Source: Chiloscyllium plagiosum (Eukaryota). From it: DNA of 64,000 bases. The DNA lies in assembly GCF_004010195.1 (NCBI RefSeq), contig NC_057720.1:14733751-14797750 (forward strand), read 5' to 3'. A program made the translations under genes and the position numbers. Shown here piece after piece: positions 25,972 to 38,729 of this stretch (the first letter of the stretch is position 1; each line of letters starts with the position of its first letter). The notes under the pieces were generated by a model, which saw nothing but the letters and a program-made list of their open reading frames with translations, did not search any database and was not told the origin of the DNA.

Positions 25972-26176
25972 GAGAAAGTGAGGTCTGCAGATGCTGGAGA
26001 TCAGAGCTGAAAATGTGTTGCTGGAAAAGCACAGCAGGTCAGGCAGCATCCAGGGAACAGGAGAATCGATGTTTCGGGCATAAGCCCTTCTTCAGGAATC
26101 TTTGCCCGTAACGTCGATTCTCCTGTTCCCTGGATGCTGCCTGACCTGCTGCACTTTTCCAGCAACACATTTTCAG
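25972..26176 (-). mobile_element. Short inverted-repeat Penelope-like insertion with a hammerhead motif (same family as 3592-3801)
   Basis: 16-bp TSD CATTGCTAAATTAGGG (25956-25971 and 26177-26192), inverted arms, and a 34-nt tail at 25972-26005. Confidence 0.85.
26063..26100 (-). ncRNA. Minimal hammerhead ribozyme motif
   Basis: GAUUC-CUGAAGA-A-GGGC(UUAU)GCCC-GAAA-CA-UC/GAUUC; stem I has one U-U mismatch. Confidence 0.6.
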
Positions 26177-27889
26177 CATTGCTAAATTAGGGTAAAACCC
26201 CAGGTGGGCTTTTACAACAATTGAAGATAATTTCCTGGAGATTAGCTTTCAATTCCAGATTTATTTATTAATTGATTTTTTAATTTATTGGTTGAATTCA
26301 TTTTTCACCATCTTTTGAGGTTCTGAAGAAGGATCACTAGACCCAATACATTAACTCTGCTTTCTTTTCACAGATGTTGCCAGACCAGCTGAGTGTTCCA
26401 GTAATTTCTGTTTTTATCTCCTCAATTCTCTGAAAAGGGCTGTTTGTGTGGGTCAAAAACTGAACACTGCCTAAAAGATTACTGGCAATTTCTGCAAAAC
26501 GATTTTCTTTTAGCTATTTGAAACTTAAAAAAAAATTGGGGACTAAAAATTTCCCACTGTTAACGAAGATTAAAATTTGAAGCAACTTGTTTGATCAAGC
26601 TAGAAATAGCAGTTTCAGTGCAGGATTATCTGGGCATTTAATTAGTTTGGGAGGTGCAAATACAATAATTCCAATAATATGACAACTTTTTGAATATTGT
26701 AATCCTTACCCAGTGCTTTCCATCAGTTAAATGAAAACAGCAGCAGGCGCTACACAACAGCACCATCTGCAGTCTGAAGATGTAACAACCGAGATATCGT
26801 CCACTTCATTTCCCACCTCTTTATTTTATAGTTATTTGCCTTGATACAGTCCCTTTAACTAGGTAAAATCTCCCAAGAAATGTCATAGAGATCTCAGCAA
26901 AGAAAATGTAACAACAAATCACATACAGATATTAGTATCAGTAATTAAATATTTAGTCAGAGAGATAGGTTTTAAGGGCTTTTTTTTAAAAAACAAGGAG
27001 GGAAGTGGAGTAGTCCAGAGTTACAGAGCTGAGGTAGATGACAGCATGGCAACCAATGGTAGAGAAGCAAAAATGGGAATGGGCAAAAGATAAGCTTAAG
27101 AACAGGGCAGAAAACTGGAGGTTAGGGCTGAGATCATAAGTGGATTGGTAAAAGATGATGATGGATACTTGTCCTTTGCTAACTAAAATTAAGCTTCTGT
27201 AAAATAGTATAGAAGTAGGTTACATCTCAATCACAATTCCAATGCCCGAGAAACAAGGACACTGCTGATGTACCAGGCTCCAAAACAATTATAACAAGGA
27301 CACATCTGACAGAAAAGAATAATTTACAATTCTCTGAGTTTTCTAAACTCTCAGCCAGGGAAACACTGTCTCAGTGTTTGTTCTATCAAGCCCTTCAGAA
27401 CTTTGCATGTTATAATCAAATCACTGCTCATTCTTAGGGAGTCTGTCATCACTGGAGAGCATTCCTATCTTAGGAACCCGACAAATGTCCATCAATATTC
27501 CCATTCCCCACAAGGATGGAACCCACCACGAGTGCAAGGGCCAAACCTGAGGCATTCAAGCCATCTTTGGACATATGTCAGAATGGATGATTCATGATGG
27601 CCTGCTCCTGAGGATGCCACTATCACAGAAGTTGATTTGTCCCTTAATTAACTCACCTCACATGATTTCAAGAAACAGCTGAGCGTCAGTCCATGGCAAA
27701 AGTTATGGGCCCTGGGAACACTTTGGCTGTAGTGCTAAAACATATTCCAGAACTAGCCATGATGCTAGCCAATATTTCCAGCTATTAATATCTACCCAGC
27801 AATTTAGGGAATTACCCAGTTCTGTCCTAACCAGAAGAAACATAAATCCAACACCAACCTACTCTTAATCATGTGATGACCCATGAGCT

Positions 27890-28090
27890 AGAAAAAGGAG
27901 AATCTACGTTTCAGACAAGAGCCCTTCAGGAATGAGGCTTATGAAACGAGGGGGTGGAGAGATAAATGGGAGGGCGTGGGACTGGGGTCAAGTTAGCTGA
28001 GAGTACGATAGGTAGATGGAGGTGGGGGTAAAGGTGATAGGTCGGAGAGGAGGGTGGAGCGGATAGGTGGGAAGGAAGATGGACAGGTAC
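27890..28090 (-). mobile_element. Penelope-like pLTR fragment
   Basis: Similar to 35045-35250: a decayed hammerhead followed by a purine-rich tract. Confidence 0.6.
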
Positions 28091-28984
28091 TTTCAAGTCA
28101 CCTGGCCCAACTGCAGCCTGTACCTACTCCCTCACAACTATCTTCCAAGACTTTGTCCTGAGGTGAATAGACCAAACTGTGAATTTTCTTAACTCCTGCT
28201 ACCTACCTCACAGAGGAAAATCCAGGCCGAAGTCTTCAGGAATGTCAGATTGTAGACAAGTATTCATTAAACTATCTGCTTGCTTCCAAATAAGAAAGTT
28301 GGGCCTCAAGAATAGCTAATCAGCATTCCTAGCTGGAAACAAGGCCCATGTGATTCATGTCAACTTGAAGATGGCCTTTGAGAGCAGAAGGCCTTCTGAA
28401 ATACCCCTGAACCTCTCTGACACAGTTAGTCTGCCGGGATCCAGGAGAGAAGGGCCAGTTATGTGCTGAAGATCTCTCTAGTTGTTATGCAAAAATGTGG
28501 GTGGGAGCTCATGATCAGATTGAGAATACAAAGTTTGTGAGGAGTTGAAATGAAGCTACAAGATTTGCAGAGCTTGCATTATAGGGAAAACGAATCCTCA
28601 CTGTGGAAGACAGTTCTTGAGATTAAAAAAAGGTACCAGGGCCGCAAAGAAATAAATGGAAACATTTGGGGCCTCAGAATCACCTTCACTGGAATATTGC
28701 AGCAGGCCCAGGATGAAAATGTTGGCCGTGTTTGTTCTATTTCTCTCTTCAGTCCAGCTCAGCTTCGGTAATATTTTCTGTTTTAATTTTGGATTTCCAG
28801 CATATGCAGTATTTTGTTCTTATCTGAGAACTTTTAGTATGTTTCTTATATTAAAGATCTTAAAAATGTGAAATCTTGTGTTATGCTCTTTCTTACCTGT
28901 TCACTGGAAATTCAGATTTCTTTTTTCAACAATGTCTATGCGATATTAACAAATATGACATGGTAACTGTTTTTTAGATGAATG

Positions 28985-29650
28985 ATAGAGTTATTGAGAT
29001 GTAAAGCACAGACCCTTCGGTCCAACTTATTCATGCTGAGCAGATATCCAAAATTAATCTAGTCCCATTTGCCAGCACTTGGCTATATCCATCTAAACCC
29101 TTTCTATTCATATACTCATCCAGATGCCTTTTAAATGTTGTAATTGTACCAGCCTCCACCATTTCTTCTGGCATTTCATTCCGTACATGCACCACCCTCT
29201 GTGTGAAAAAGTTGCTCCTTAAGTCCCTTTTAAATTTTTCCCCTCTCACCCTAAACCTGTGCCTTCTAGCTCTGGACTCCCCCAAATCAGGGAAAATGCT
29301 ATCCATGCCCCTCGTGATCTTATAAACCTCTATAAGGTCATCCCTTAGCCTCTGACACTCCTGGGAAAACAGCCCCAGCCTGCTCAGCCTCTCCTTACAG
29401 CTCAAACCCTCCAACCCTGACAACATCCTTGTGAATCTTTTCTGAACCTTTTCAAGTTTCACAACACCCTATTGGAGGGAGACCAGAATTGCACACAATA
29501 TTCCAAAAGTGGCCTAACCAATGTCCAGTACAACTGCAATATGACCTACCAATTCCTATACTCAATGCACTGACCTATAAAAGGAAAGCATAACAAATGC
29601 TTTTTTCACTATCCTATCCACCTGCGACTCCTTTTTTAAGGAACTATGAG
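28985..29650 (-). mobile_element. CR1-type LINE 3' fragment
   Basis: ORF 29031-29462 reads KLEKVQKRFTRML.GLEGL...FFTQRVV. Confidence 0.88.
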
Positions 29651-30578
29651 TGGGGTCTATGGACAATGGAGGAATGGTGGGGGGCACTGTCCAGGAGCAC
29701 AATAGAATAATTGACAATAACATAATCATCATACAATCAAACAAAAACAGAAATCCATAGTGTAATTAATTCAGATGTGTATTAATCTGTTCAAAAGTGT
29801 AACAGAGATGACTGGATACAGTTATTTGATAAAAACCCACACCTTTCACTTCTGCTGTGTATCAAGGTTCATACATTTCAAATAGATTTGTCATTCAAGA
29901 GTTTTCTTCAACACAAATAAAAAAAACCCAAATAAGCTTGATAAATTAATGCCATAATACTTAGAATCTTCAATTATGGAGAAAAAAAAATGTTAATCAA
30001 GCTTGTACCAAAAAATGCAAAATCTCCCCAAAAGTCTTGGAGCATATTTTATCTTCAGTTCTTCTGCGTTCATGCTGGGTTTTTTTAAAACAATATGTCC
30101 AATGTGTGTAAAAAAACAAACAAACACCAGAGGGTAGGCTTTCCAAACCCTTTACTGCAGCAAGTGATGTTGTTATTGGAGCATCAAGTTAAGAGTAATT
30201 AAACCACAATTTACAGTGTTCAGAATATCTTACTCTGGTTGGGAACTGAAGAAAATCTATTTATACATTTGTTTGCTTGAAGAGAACCATGTGATTGTCA
30301 GATATGTACCAAATAGATTTCAACATGGATGTGCTAGCCATGTATTGAGATTGAGATTGGTATTGTAGAACCATAGCAATCTCAATTACTTCCAGGTGAA
30401 GCTATAAAAACCAAATGATATTTAACAGACTCCCAATTCCTGCAAATCTTTGACCTGTTGAATTCAGTGCTTTGAAGAAAGCAAGGAAGAGCTGAAGACT
30501 ACCTGTTTACTCAAAATGAAATTTAAGGCCAACACTGATTGATATGTAGATTGCTACTCTGTTGGTGAAACATGGCAT

Positions 30579-30629
30579 TCATTTCCAGTTTTTCAGAATG
30601 GTCTCCGCTGAATTCAAAGTGCTGTCTTG
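30579..30629 (-). CDS. KYAT3: KYAT3 last coding exon (QDSTLNSAETILKNWK-stop)
   Basis: cag acceptor, 16 codons, then TGA at 30579-30581. Resembles the vertebrate KYAT3 C-terminus (DSTL..AE.I...W). Confidence 0.92.
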   Translation of the reverse strand, partial: QDSTLNSAETILKNWK

Positions 30630-30782
30630 CTGTTTAAAAGAACAGAAGAATATTTTAGAGAGCATACAAAGTAGAGATGTGCATATATATGCTTTGAGTT
30701 CATGCTTCATTCATTCTCAGCAACAGATCTGGTAAACAAAAGCCCCTGCAACCACTCCCAATATGTAAATCAGCTAGCTCAC

Positions 30783-30869
30783 CTTGATAAAGCAGAAGCG
30801 AATATATTTCTCAAAATGGCACTTGGATTGGTCACTGACAAATGAGGTCACAGGAATTGCTGCCAGTTT
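30783..30869 (-). CDS. KYAT3: KYAT3 penultimate coding exon (KLAAIPVTSFVSDQSKCHFEKYIRFCFIK)
   Basis: 87 nt, cag|...|gtgagc, with the conserved IRFCF arginine motif. Confidence 0.95.
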
Positions 30870-33424
30870 CTGAAATGAAACAAAGATTCTAAATTATAAT
30901 CTCTAGCAGTGTGTAGAGGGATAGCATAAACTGAAGTTTAGTTTCACACACATTTCCACCTATCTGGATTACACACAATCTTAATATGTATTAATCAGCC
31001 CAGAGTTATCTATTATGTTAAGGAAAAAATATATAATACACTCAAAATCTTAAGCCTGAGTCCATTTCCTCCATTGTAAATTTCTATGTTGTCATGAACA
31101 AGAATTATTAATGGATACATTTCACTTTTATGTACAGCATGTCCTTTTAAAAAGAAAGACATAGAGGCCAAAAGATAAGTCCAGTAAAGTAAGTGTCACT
31201 ATCTTCCTTCTGCAACCTAATACTCACACCATCTCTGCAGGTGTACCACCATCCCAGCAAGACTAATGGTTTACCACTCTCCCCACTTCATGCAAAATAT
31301 TCTCTTTCACTCTCATCAACCCCACTATCCAACTCACAAGACCACTAACCACATGCCCTCTATACCACATACTCACTCATTTGGAACACCTCATTGTCCT
31401 TCCCCCACCTTCACCAGCATTAACTGTTTCCATTCTACTTTCGTCTCACTCACTCCGTGTTCCACCACCCTGTTCTCCTATTCAATAACTCTGCAGCCTA
31501 ACTCCATATACCTGGCCTGTGGCCCATATTCCTTAATAACTTTCCTGAACAAAAACTTAACTATTTCAGACTTAAAACTAATAACTGATCTAGCATCTAC
31601 TGCCATTTGTGGAAGAGGGTTCCAAACATTAACCACCCTTTGTGTGTAGAAGTGCTTCCTAAACTGGCTCCTTTTAGTACAAATATTTCGAGACAGGAAA
31701 ACCATCCAGCAGGGAAGGGATCGTATTAACTGAATTTTATTGTGGGATTGAGTAAAGAAAAGGAGCCAGTACATCTCTCCTTCAATGTACAATAACTGAA
31801 GCAATCCATCTCCAAATGCAGCAAAACCTGGACAAAATCCAGACTTGGCCTGACAAGTGGCAAGAAACATTCCCACAATACTAGTGGCAGGTAATAGTGA
31901 CAAATAATAGAGAATCTAACCATTAGCCTTTGATAGTCAATGACATTACCATCACTGGATCTCCACCGTCAACATCCCTGGGGAGTTAGCATTAACCAGA
32001 AATTGAACTAGACTGGTCATATAGCAACTGTGGCTACAAGAGCAGGGCAAAAAGTAGGAATCCTGCAGTAGTTAACTCATCTCCTGACTCACAAAGCATG
32101 TCCAGATTCTACAAGGCATAAGTTAGGAGTGTCTTAATGAGTGCAGATTCAATAACACTCAAGAAGCTTGACACCAGGACAAAGCACCAAATCCATAAAG
32201 ATTCACTCCCTCTACCACTGAAGCTCAGTAGCACAGTATATACCAGCTACAAGATATATCTTTGAAACCTATGATCACTACCATCTAAAAGGATAAGGAC
32301 AGCAAATACACATGAAGACCACCAACTGCCTGTTCGCCTGCAAGCCATTCACCATCCTGACTTTGAAATAAATTGCTATTCCTTCAGGGCAGGTCATCAG
32401 TCTTCAAACATTTTCTCTGGATTTCTGGTCTGTCTAGTTTATCCTTTCTTAAATGCAAAATACTCTTAAGTTCTAATTTCTGGTGTAACACAAAATTAGA
32501 ACTCAATTTATCTCTACCCAAAACCTAAACCAGTCAAGATCATCTGTGAAAAAATACTTAAGATCTTAGGTGACAAACTACACATCTAATCTTGGTGTTT
32601 AGAAGAGATCAATATGTAGAAAGAGAAAGAGAACAAGGACAAGAGGAAAGGGAAAATATAAATAAGGAAAAATTGAACAGGTGGGGAGGAACAAAGAGGC
32701 TGACTAAATAAAGGACAAGGAATTGAAACAAGAAAAGAGACTAAGTAAGAAAAATTAGAGAAAAAAATTCCACAGCTTTATTAAATTAAACAAAATCAAA
32801 AGATTTGTAGGCCATGAGTATTAGATGTTGGAAGCAGAGCTAACGGATTTGCTCTTGCACAGATCTGGCACAAAGACAACAGCATAAGGGTTGTTCTTTG
32901 GTGCTGTAACCATTTTAATGTTCTCTAGTTCCATTTAGTTACACACAACAGACAGTTGCCTGAGGGTGGAATCAAAGCCGATTCCCTGGCATTGTGAGGG
33001 AACCACCATGCTCCAGGTTCTGTCTCCTGACTCATCAGGGACTGAGCTACTACCTGGAGATGACATACCATTGGTAGTTTGTGCGTGGTGAGGGAGTGAA
33101 ATTGTTATTTTTCAGGGTAGGCTTTCTGGCCCTCCTGCCATTTTTTAAATGGTAACTTCTAAATGTTGGAGAAAGAGGTGTTTTGAGATGGAGGTACCTT
33201 TTCTCTCTCTTCCTTGACATGTAGGCTAAATCTCCTTCTAGCAGTACAGCCTCCCACTGACTGACCACCAGCCTTAAGAACCCATCACTGTTCTTAACTA
33301 TTTGCAAGTAAACCCTTTGTCTACTAATTGGAGGGTAAATCAATGCCAAATGACCATCCCACACAGTGATGGGTTCTTCCTCATAGATGAGCTTGAATCC
33401 AAGACCCCAGTTCCAAAGGGGAAG

Positions 33425-34955
33425 ATCATAGGAACACAGAAGCAGAAGTAGCTATTTGTCGTTTTGAATCTGCTTCACAATATAATCATGGTTGATCTGA
33501 TTGTGGTCTCCCTTGCAAATCAAAATAAAGCTTGAATAAATTTAATAGCTCGGCCTCCACTACATTTTGAAGAAGAGAATTTCCCATAACAATAACCCTC
33601 TGGGAGAGATTTCTTCTCATATCCATCTTAGTTCTATTCTCCCCTACAAGAGAGAACATCCTTCCAGTATCCACCCTATCAAGTCCCCTCAGATCTTATA
33701 TGTTTCAATGAGTTCACCTCTTACTCTAAACTTCAATAGGTTTCGGTCCAACCTGTTCGAACTTCCTTCTTATGTCAAACCCTTCACCTCAGAAATGAGT
33801 GGAGTGAACTGAACAGTTTCTAACAGAATTATAACTACTTTTCCCAAGTGCAGTGACTAAATAAACATGTACACAGTATTCCAAATATGGTCTCACCAAG
33901 GCCCTGTGAAGTTGCAGTTAAACATTCTTATTTTTATATTCCATTCTTCTTGCAATAAATGCTAATATTCCATTTGCCTCTGTAGTCACTTGCTGTACCT
34001 ATATATTAACTGTATGTGATTCATGTTTGGTACGCTTTCCTTTATTGGTTACAATATTGAGCATAAGAGTTGGGAGGTCATATTGCGGCTGTATAGGGCA
34101 TTGGTTAGGCCACTTTTGGAAAATTGCGTGCAATTCTCGTCTCCTTCCTATCGGAAGGATGTTGTAAAACTTGAAAGAGTTCAGAAAAGATTGACAAGAA
34201 TGTTGTCAGGGTTGTAGGGGGTTTGAGCTATAGGGAGAGGCTGTATAGGCTAGGGCTGTTTTCCCTGGAGCGTCGAAGGCTGAGAGCTGACCTCATGGAG
34301 GTTTATAAAATCATGAAGGGCATGGATAGGATAAATAGACAAGGTCTTTTCCCTGGGGTGGGTGAGTCCAGAACTAGAGAGCATAGGTTTAGGGTGAGAG
34401 GGGAAAGATTGAAAAGGGACCTAAGGGGCAACATTTTCACATAGAGAGTGGTGCAGGTAAGGAATGAGCTGGCAAAGGAAAGTGGTGGAGACTGGTACAA
34501 TTACAATATTTAAAAGGCATCTGGATGGGTATATGAATAGGAAGGGTTTTGAGGGATATGAGCTAAGTGCTGGCAAATGGGACTAGATTAGGTTGGGATA
34601 TCTGGTCAGCACAGAAGAGTTGGACTGAAGGGTCTGTTTCCATGCTGTACATCTCTATGACTCTTTGTACAAGGACACCTGAATGTAAAAGGGGTAAGTT
34701 TAAAGGAGATGCGAGAGGCAAATTGTTTTTTACAAAGAGGCTGGTAAGTGCCTGGAATGTGCTGCCAGAGGAGGTGGTAGAAGCAGATACAATAGCAACG
34801 TTTAAGAGGTATCTTGACACATATGCAAATAGCAGAGAATACAGGGATACGGACCACGTCAAGGCAGGAGGTTTTTAGTTTAGAAAAGCATCATGTATCG
34901 GTACAGCGGCTTGGTGGGCCGAAGGGCTGTTCCTGTGCTTAACTGTTCTTTGTTA
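33425..34955. mobile_element. Three adjacent CR1 fragments (about 33425-34022 minus; 34023-34665 plus; 34670-34955 plus)
   Basis: LVRPLLE.CVQF.SP, RGNIFT and LFFTKRLVSAWN motifs. Confidence 0.82.
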
Positions 34956-35049
34956 AATGGAACTTCCCAAGGATGATCTTAATATCCCGCTTCTGGATTA
35001 GTGGTGCTGGAAGAGCACAGCAGTTCAGGCAGCATCCAAGGAGCTTCGA

Positions 35050-35085
35050 AATCGACGTTTCGGGCAAAAGCCCTTCATCAGGAAT
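35050..35085 (-). ncRNA. Minimal hammerhead ribozyme motif (inverted copy, sense in the KYAT3 pre-mRNA)
   Basis: Exact reverse complement of 35537-35572. Confidence 0.65.
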
Positions 35086-35536
35086 AAAGGCAGTGAGCCT
35101 GAAGCATGGAGAGATAAGCTAGAGGAGGATGGAGGTGGGGAGAAAGTCGCATAGAGTACAATGGGTGAGTGGGGGAGGGGATGAAGGTGATAGGTCAGGA
35201 AGGAGAGGGTGGAGTGGATAGGTGGAAAAGGAGATAGGCAGGTAGGACAAGTNNNNNNNNNNNNNNNNNNNNNNNNNNNNNNNNNNNNNNNNNNNNNNNN
35301 NNNNNNNNNNNNNNNNNNNNNNNNNNNNNNNNNNNNNNNNNNNNNNNNNNNNNNNNNNNNNNNNNNNNNNNNNNNNNNNNNNNNNNNNNNNNNNNNNNNN
35401 NNNNNNNNNNNNNNNNNNNNTCCCTGACCTATCACCTTCATCCCCTCCCCCACTCACCTATTGTACTCTATGCTACTTTCTCCCCACCCCCACCCTCCTC
35501 TAGCTTATCTCTCCACGCTTCAGGCTCACTGCCTTT

Positions 35537-35572
35537 ATTCCTGATGAAGGGCTTTTGCCCGAAACGTCGATT
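35537..35572 (+). ncRNA. Minimal hammerhead ribozyme motif
   Basis: AUUC-CUGAUGA-A-GGGC(UUUU)GCCC-GAAA-CG-UC/GAUU, with an intact core and ACGU palindrome but a weak stem I. Confidence 0.65.
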
Positions 35573-35988
35573 TCAAAGCTCCTTGGATGCTGCCTGAACT
35601 GCTGTGCTCTTCCAGCACCACTAATCCAGAATCTGGTTTCCAGCATCTGCAGTCATTGTTTTTACCTCGTTAATATCCCGCTTGACTAGTTTCTGTCATG
35701 CGAGCAATTTAAACTTGCCCCCCCCTAGAATGTCAGAGTTCAAACATGATCTGTGCAGCCTCTGCATTGGTTATGTTTGAACTTATAAGGGTCTCTGCTG
35801 CAGATATTCTCTATGATTGTGTAACGCTTAGACTTATGGGAGGGGACTGTGTAGAAGGATTTAGATCATGTAATACTGTATGGGAAAAGTACTGTGGATG
35901 TTTATGAACTGAAGTTTGTTTGGCATACTCTCACATAATTGGATGGATTGCATGCTGAGCCATCCAACTAGGTGCTGGTAAGGTCAGA

Positions 35989-36148
35989 GTTAAGGAAACC
36001 TATAAGGCTAGCAAGTCAGCTGCATTTCCTGCAATCCCCCCTTAACCTGGAGGAGGTGGAGGGCGTGGGTGGTGTCACGAACGTAGGTGTTAAGGAAACC
36101 TATAAGGCTAGCAAGTCAGCTGCATTTCCTGCAATCCCCCCTTAACCT
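35989..36148. repeat. Perfect 60-bp direct duplication around a 40-bp insert
   Basis: 35989-36048 is identical to 36089-36148; the spacer is 36049-36088. Confidence 0.9.
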
Positions 36149-38729
36149 TCTCATTTATTTTCAATGGTGAAATACTGTGGTTTGTTTTGAACACACTAAC
36201 TGTACTCCTGTAGGTGAAGAATATGTGTTGTTGCTTTGCAGTGAGAGGTGTACACTCTATTGAGCTGCTCGGCAGAGAGTCACACCATCTCTCCAAATTG
36301 GCCACAAGTATATCACAGAATATATCATTGAAACTGCAAAGAGGATGAACTTTACTAACAAGGATACTTTATGTGTTTTGTGTGAGTAGGAATCAATGAG
36401 AAGGGAGGTCGTGAAAATAAACAAAGGACAATACAAGCTATAGGGTAAAATCACCATTGTACCAGAGGATCATCGGACAGCTCTCTCTTTAGAAAGAGAC
36501 AATTAGTGGTAAATTTTACCCGAGAATCACCATGCCTCAGGTAAGGTTCAAGGTTGGGAAGGCAAGACACTTCTGGTAACCTCAGCCAGTACAGGAATTG
36601 AACCCACGCTGTTGGCGTCACTTTGCATCAAATTTAGGGGAAGCGTCTGGCTTCTTTCTTCCTTGTCAGGAATGAAATATCTTGCATTCATCCCAAAAGC
36701 TTCTTGCCCTATCTATTGCCACTCCTGTATATGATTTCTACATATTAAACAAAAAGTAAAACATTGGATTGAGAAATAATACAGAAGTTTGTACAAAATG
36801 CCTGGTCATGTTTGCAACTTTCTGACTTCCTGAGAATGGAGGAAGAATGGCAGGATGCATTATATTTGACAGATAGTACATTTAATTGATTGCAGGCCAA
36901 ATAGATTGGTGTCTTATGCCAGCAAACAACTGGACACAACATGTGCTTTTAAAAATAAGGTAAGGATTGCTAAAATGCTGTGCATTTCTCTCTGATTCTT
37001 AACAAAGCTTGCAGTGTTACCCTGGTTAGGTACAGCAGATTCTAGAAATCTGAAATAAACCTTTGCCAGGACAACAAATTTCTCTTAAATTTGATCCTTT
37101 TTCTTTTCAATTCATTCATGCGATGTGAGCATTGTTGACAAAATCAGCATCCCTAACTTCTCTTGAGGAACAGGATTGGCACAAAGATTAGAAGGAACTC
37201 GCACTCTCAGTAAGTGATATCTCACTGCAGGGGATAGATCTGCCGCATGATTTCCAAAGCTGTAACCTGAAATGGGATTGGAAGGAGGAGTGCAGGTTGC
37301 CTTCACTATTCTACTCCCAGTTATTTCCTCAGGTAGTGGAATGGCCAACAACTTTTGAAGTTGTGCTGGTGCCAAATAAATCGCCCATTTGACCTCAGAA
37401 CTCAATTAGCATATTATCAAATTATGCACTAGGAACACCAAATGAGCTGATCTCTCGCTATTGTCAAATGTCAACCACAATCACTACTGAGGGAGTAGAA
37501 ACCCTCTCAGCCCTGTTTGGATTATACAAACCCTATAGTTTGGAAAGCAGAATTGCTTTTGAAAATGGACTATGGCGATTCAAGAAGGCAGCTCATCACC
37601 AAAGTCTCAAGAGAAACTACAAATGAACAATAAACGCTGGCCCAGCTATCGATGCTCAGATCTCATGAGCGAATAAAATGAAAATCAGACTGCAATTGAG
37701 AAACTGGGTCTTTGTCTCTGAAAGCTCCTGCAGCCCTACAACACTCAGAGATCTTACTTGTATCCACTTTCCAGTTCCCTGTGCACCCCAATTTTCTGTG
37801 ACCTGGTTTCAAATTTTATTTGATCAAACTTCTTTTGGGACATTTTATTACATTAAAAGCGCGAAAAGAATATTGATACCGTTACAGGAAAAAATCTAAA
37901 CAGACAGGGTGAAAATCTCCACCTGCTGACTGCAAGGATCTTGCTCCTTAATCCAGTTATTTATATAGGAAGCTAGTTCTCTAAGTTCACACTAAGTTGA
38001 CAATCTCAAAAGTAAGCAGATGGATCGTGCGGGAATTGGTAAATTTCCCAATATTTGATGTGTTATTCAGTAGAAATTGGGCCTTCGGTTATATTGTAAA
38101 TGGAGCTCTACCTTGTGTCTAATGATGATTTATTAGCAAATGCCTGATGGAAATAGACTTAAAGTAATATCCTTCAGATTCTTCACCTCGAGAAACAATA
38201 TCCTGGGCAAAGAAAAGCCTTGGCAAGACAGTGTTGGATTCAGTTTCAGTAAATGTTATCTTAAAGTGCAAATGTTGAAAAAGGATACAAAAGGACCTTT
38301 CCACACGTGGAGGGGTCACACTAGCTCATAAAATGAAAGTTGTGTTGACACTCATGCTTTACAATGTGTGAATAAGTAAAGAGAAAATTTGTTATAAACT
38401 TAAACTTCTGAAACAGACGGTGTCCTTTAACGTAAGAAACAAGTAACATACAAATAAGAACTTACTTCCTTTTAAATAAATTTCCAAAGTGCTTCACAAA
38501 AGCCCTTTGTCCCACATTGGGTGGTGCTTGGGGTGAAAGAGGCAGGTTTTAAGGAAAGCCTTCAAACGGGTAGGTAGGAGTTAGTGGAGAGATGGAGCAG
38601 TTAGGGAGAGAATTCCAAACTATGGGTCCATGACAAAGGCATGGTTGTCACTGGTGGGAAAAGGTGTGGGGAACATACTGTTCATCTGTCCTTAGTTGTT
38701 GCCTGACCTGGTAAGTGTTTCCAACACTT

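Larger units (their letters stand above)
34993..35669 (+). mobile_element. Inverted-repeat Penelope-like insertion in a KYAT3 intron, with an assembly gap at its centre
   Basis: 14-bp TSD TTAATATCCCGCTT (34979-34992 and 35670-35683). Arms 34991-35201 and 35421-35631 are near-identical reverse complements, followed by a 38-nt tail. N run at 35253-35420. Confidence 0.85.

Noticed and set aside
26745..26775. CTCF-like motif (CTGCAGATGGTGCTG on the minus strand)
   Set aside because: A single imperfect match is expected by chance in 64 kb without ChIP or conservation data.
35989..36148. Repeat-spacer-repeat pattern resembling a CRISPR unit
   Set aside because: Only two 60-bp repeats, vertebrate context and no cas genes; better explained as a duplication around a templated insert.
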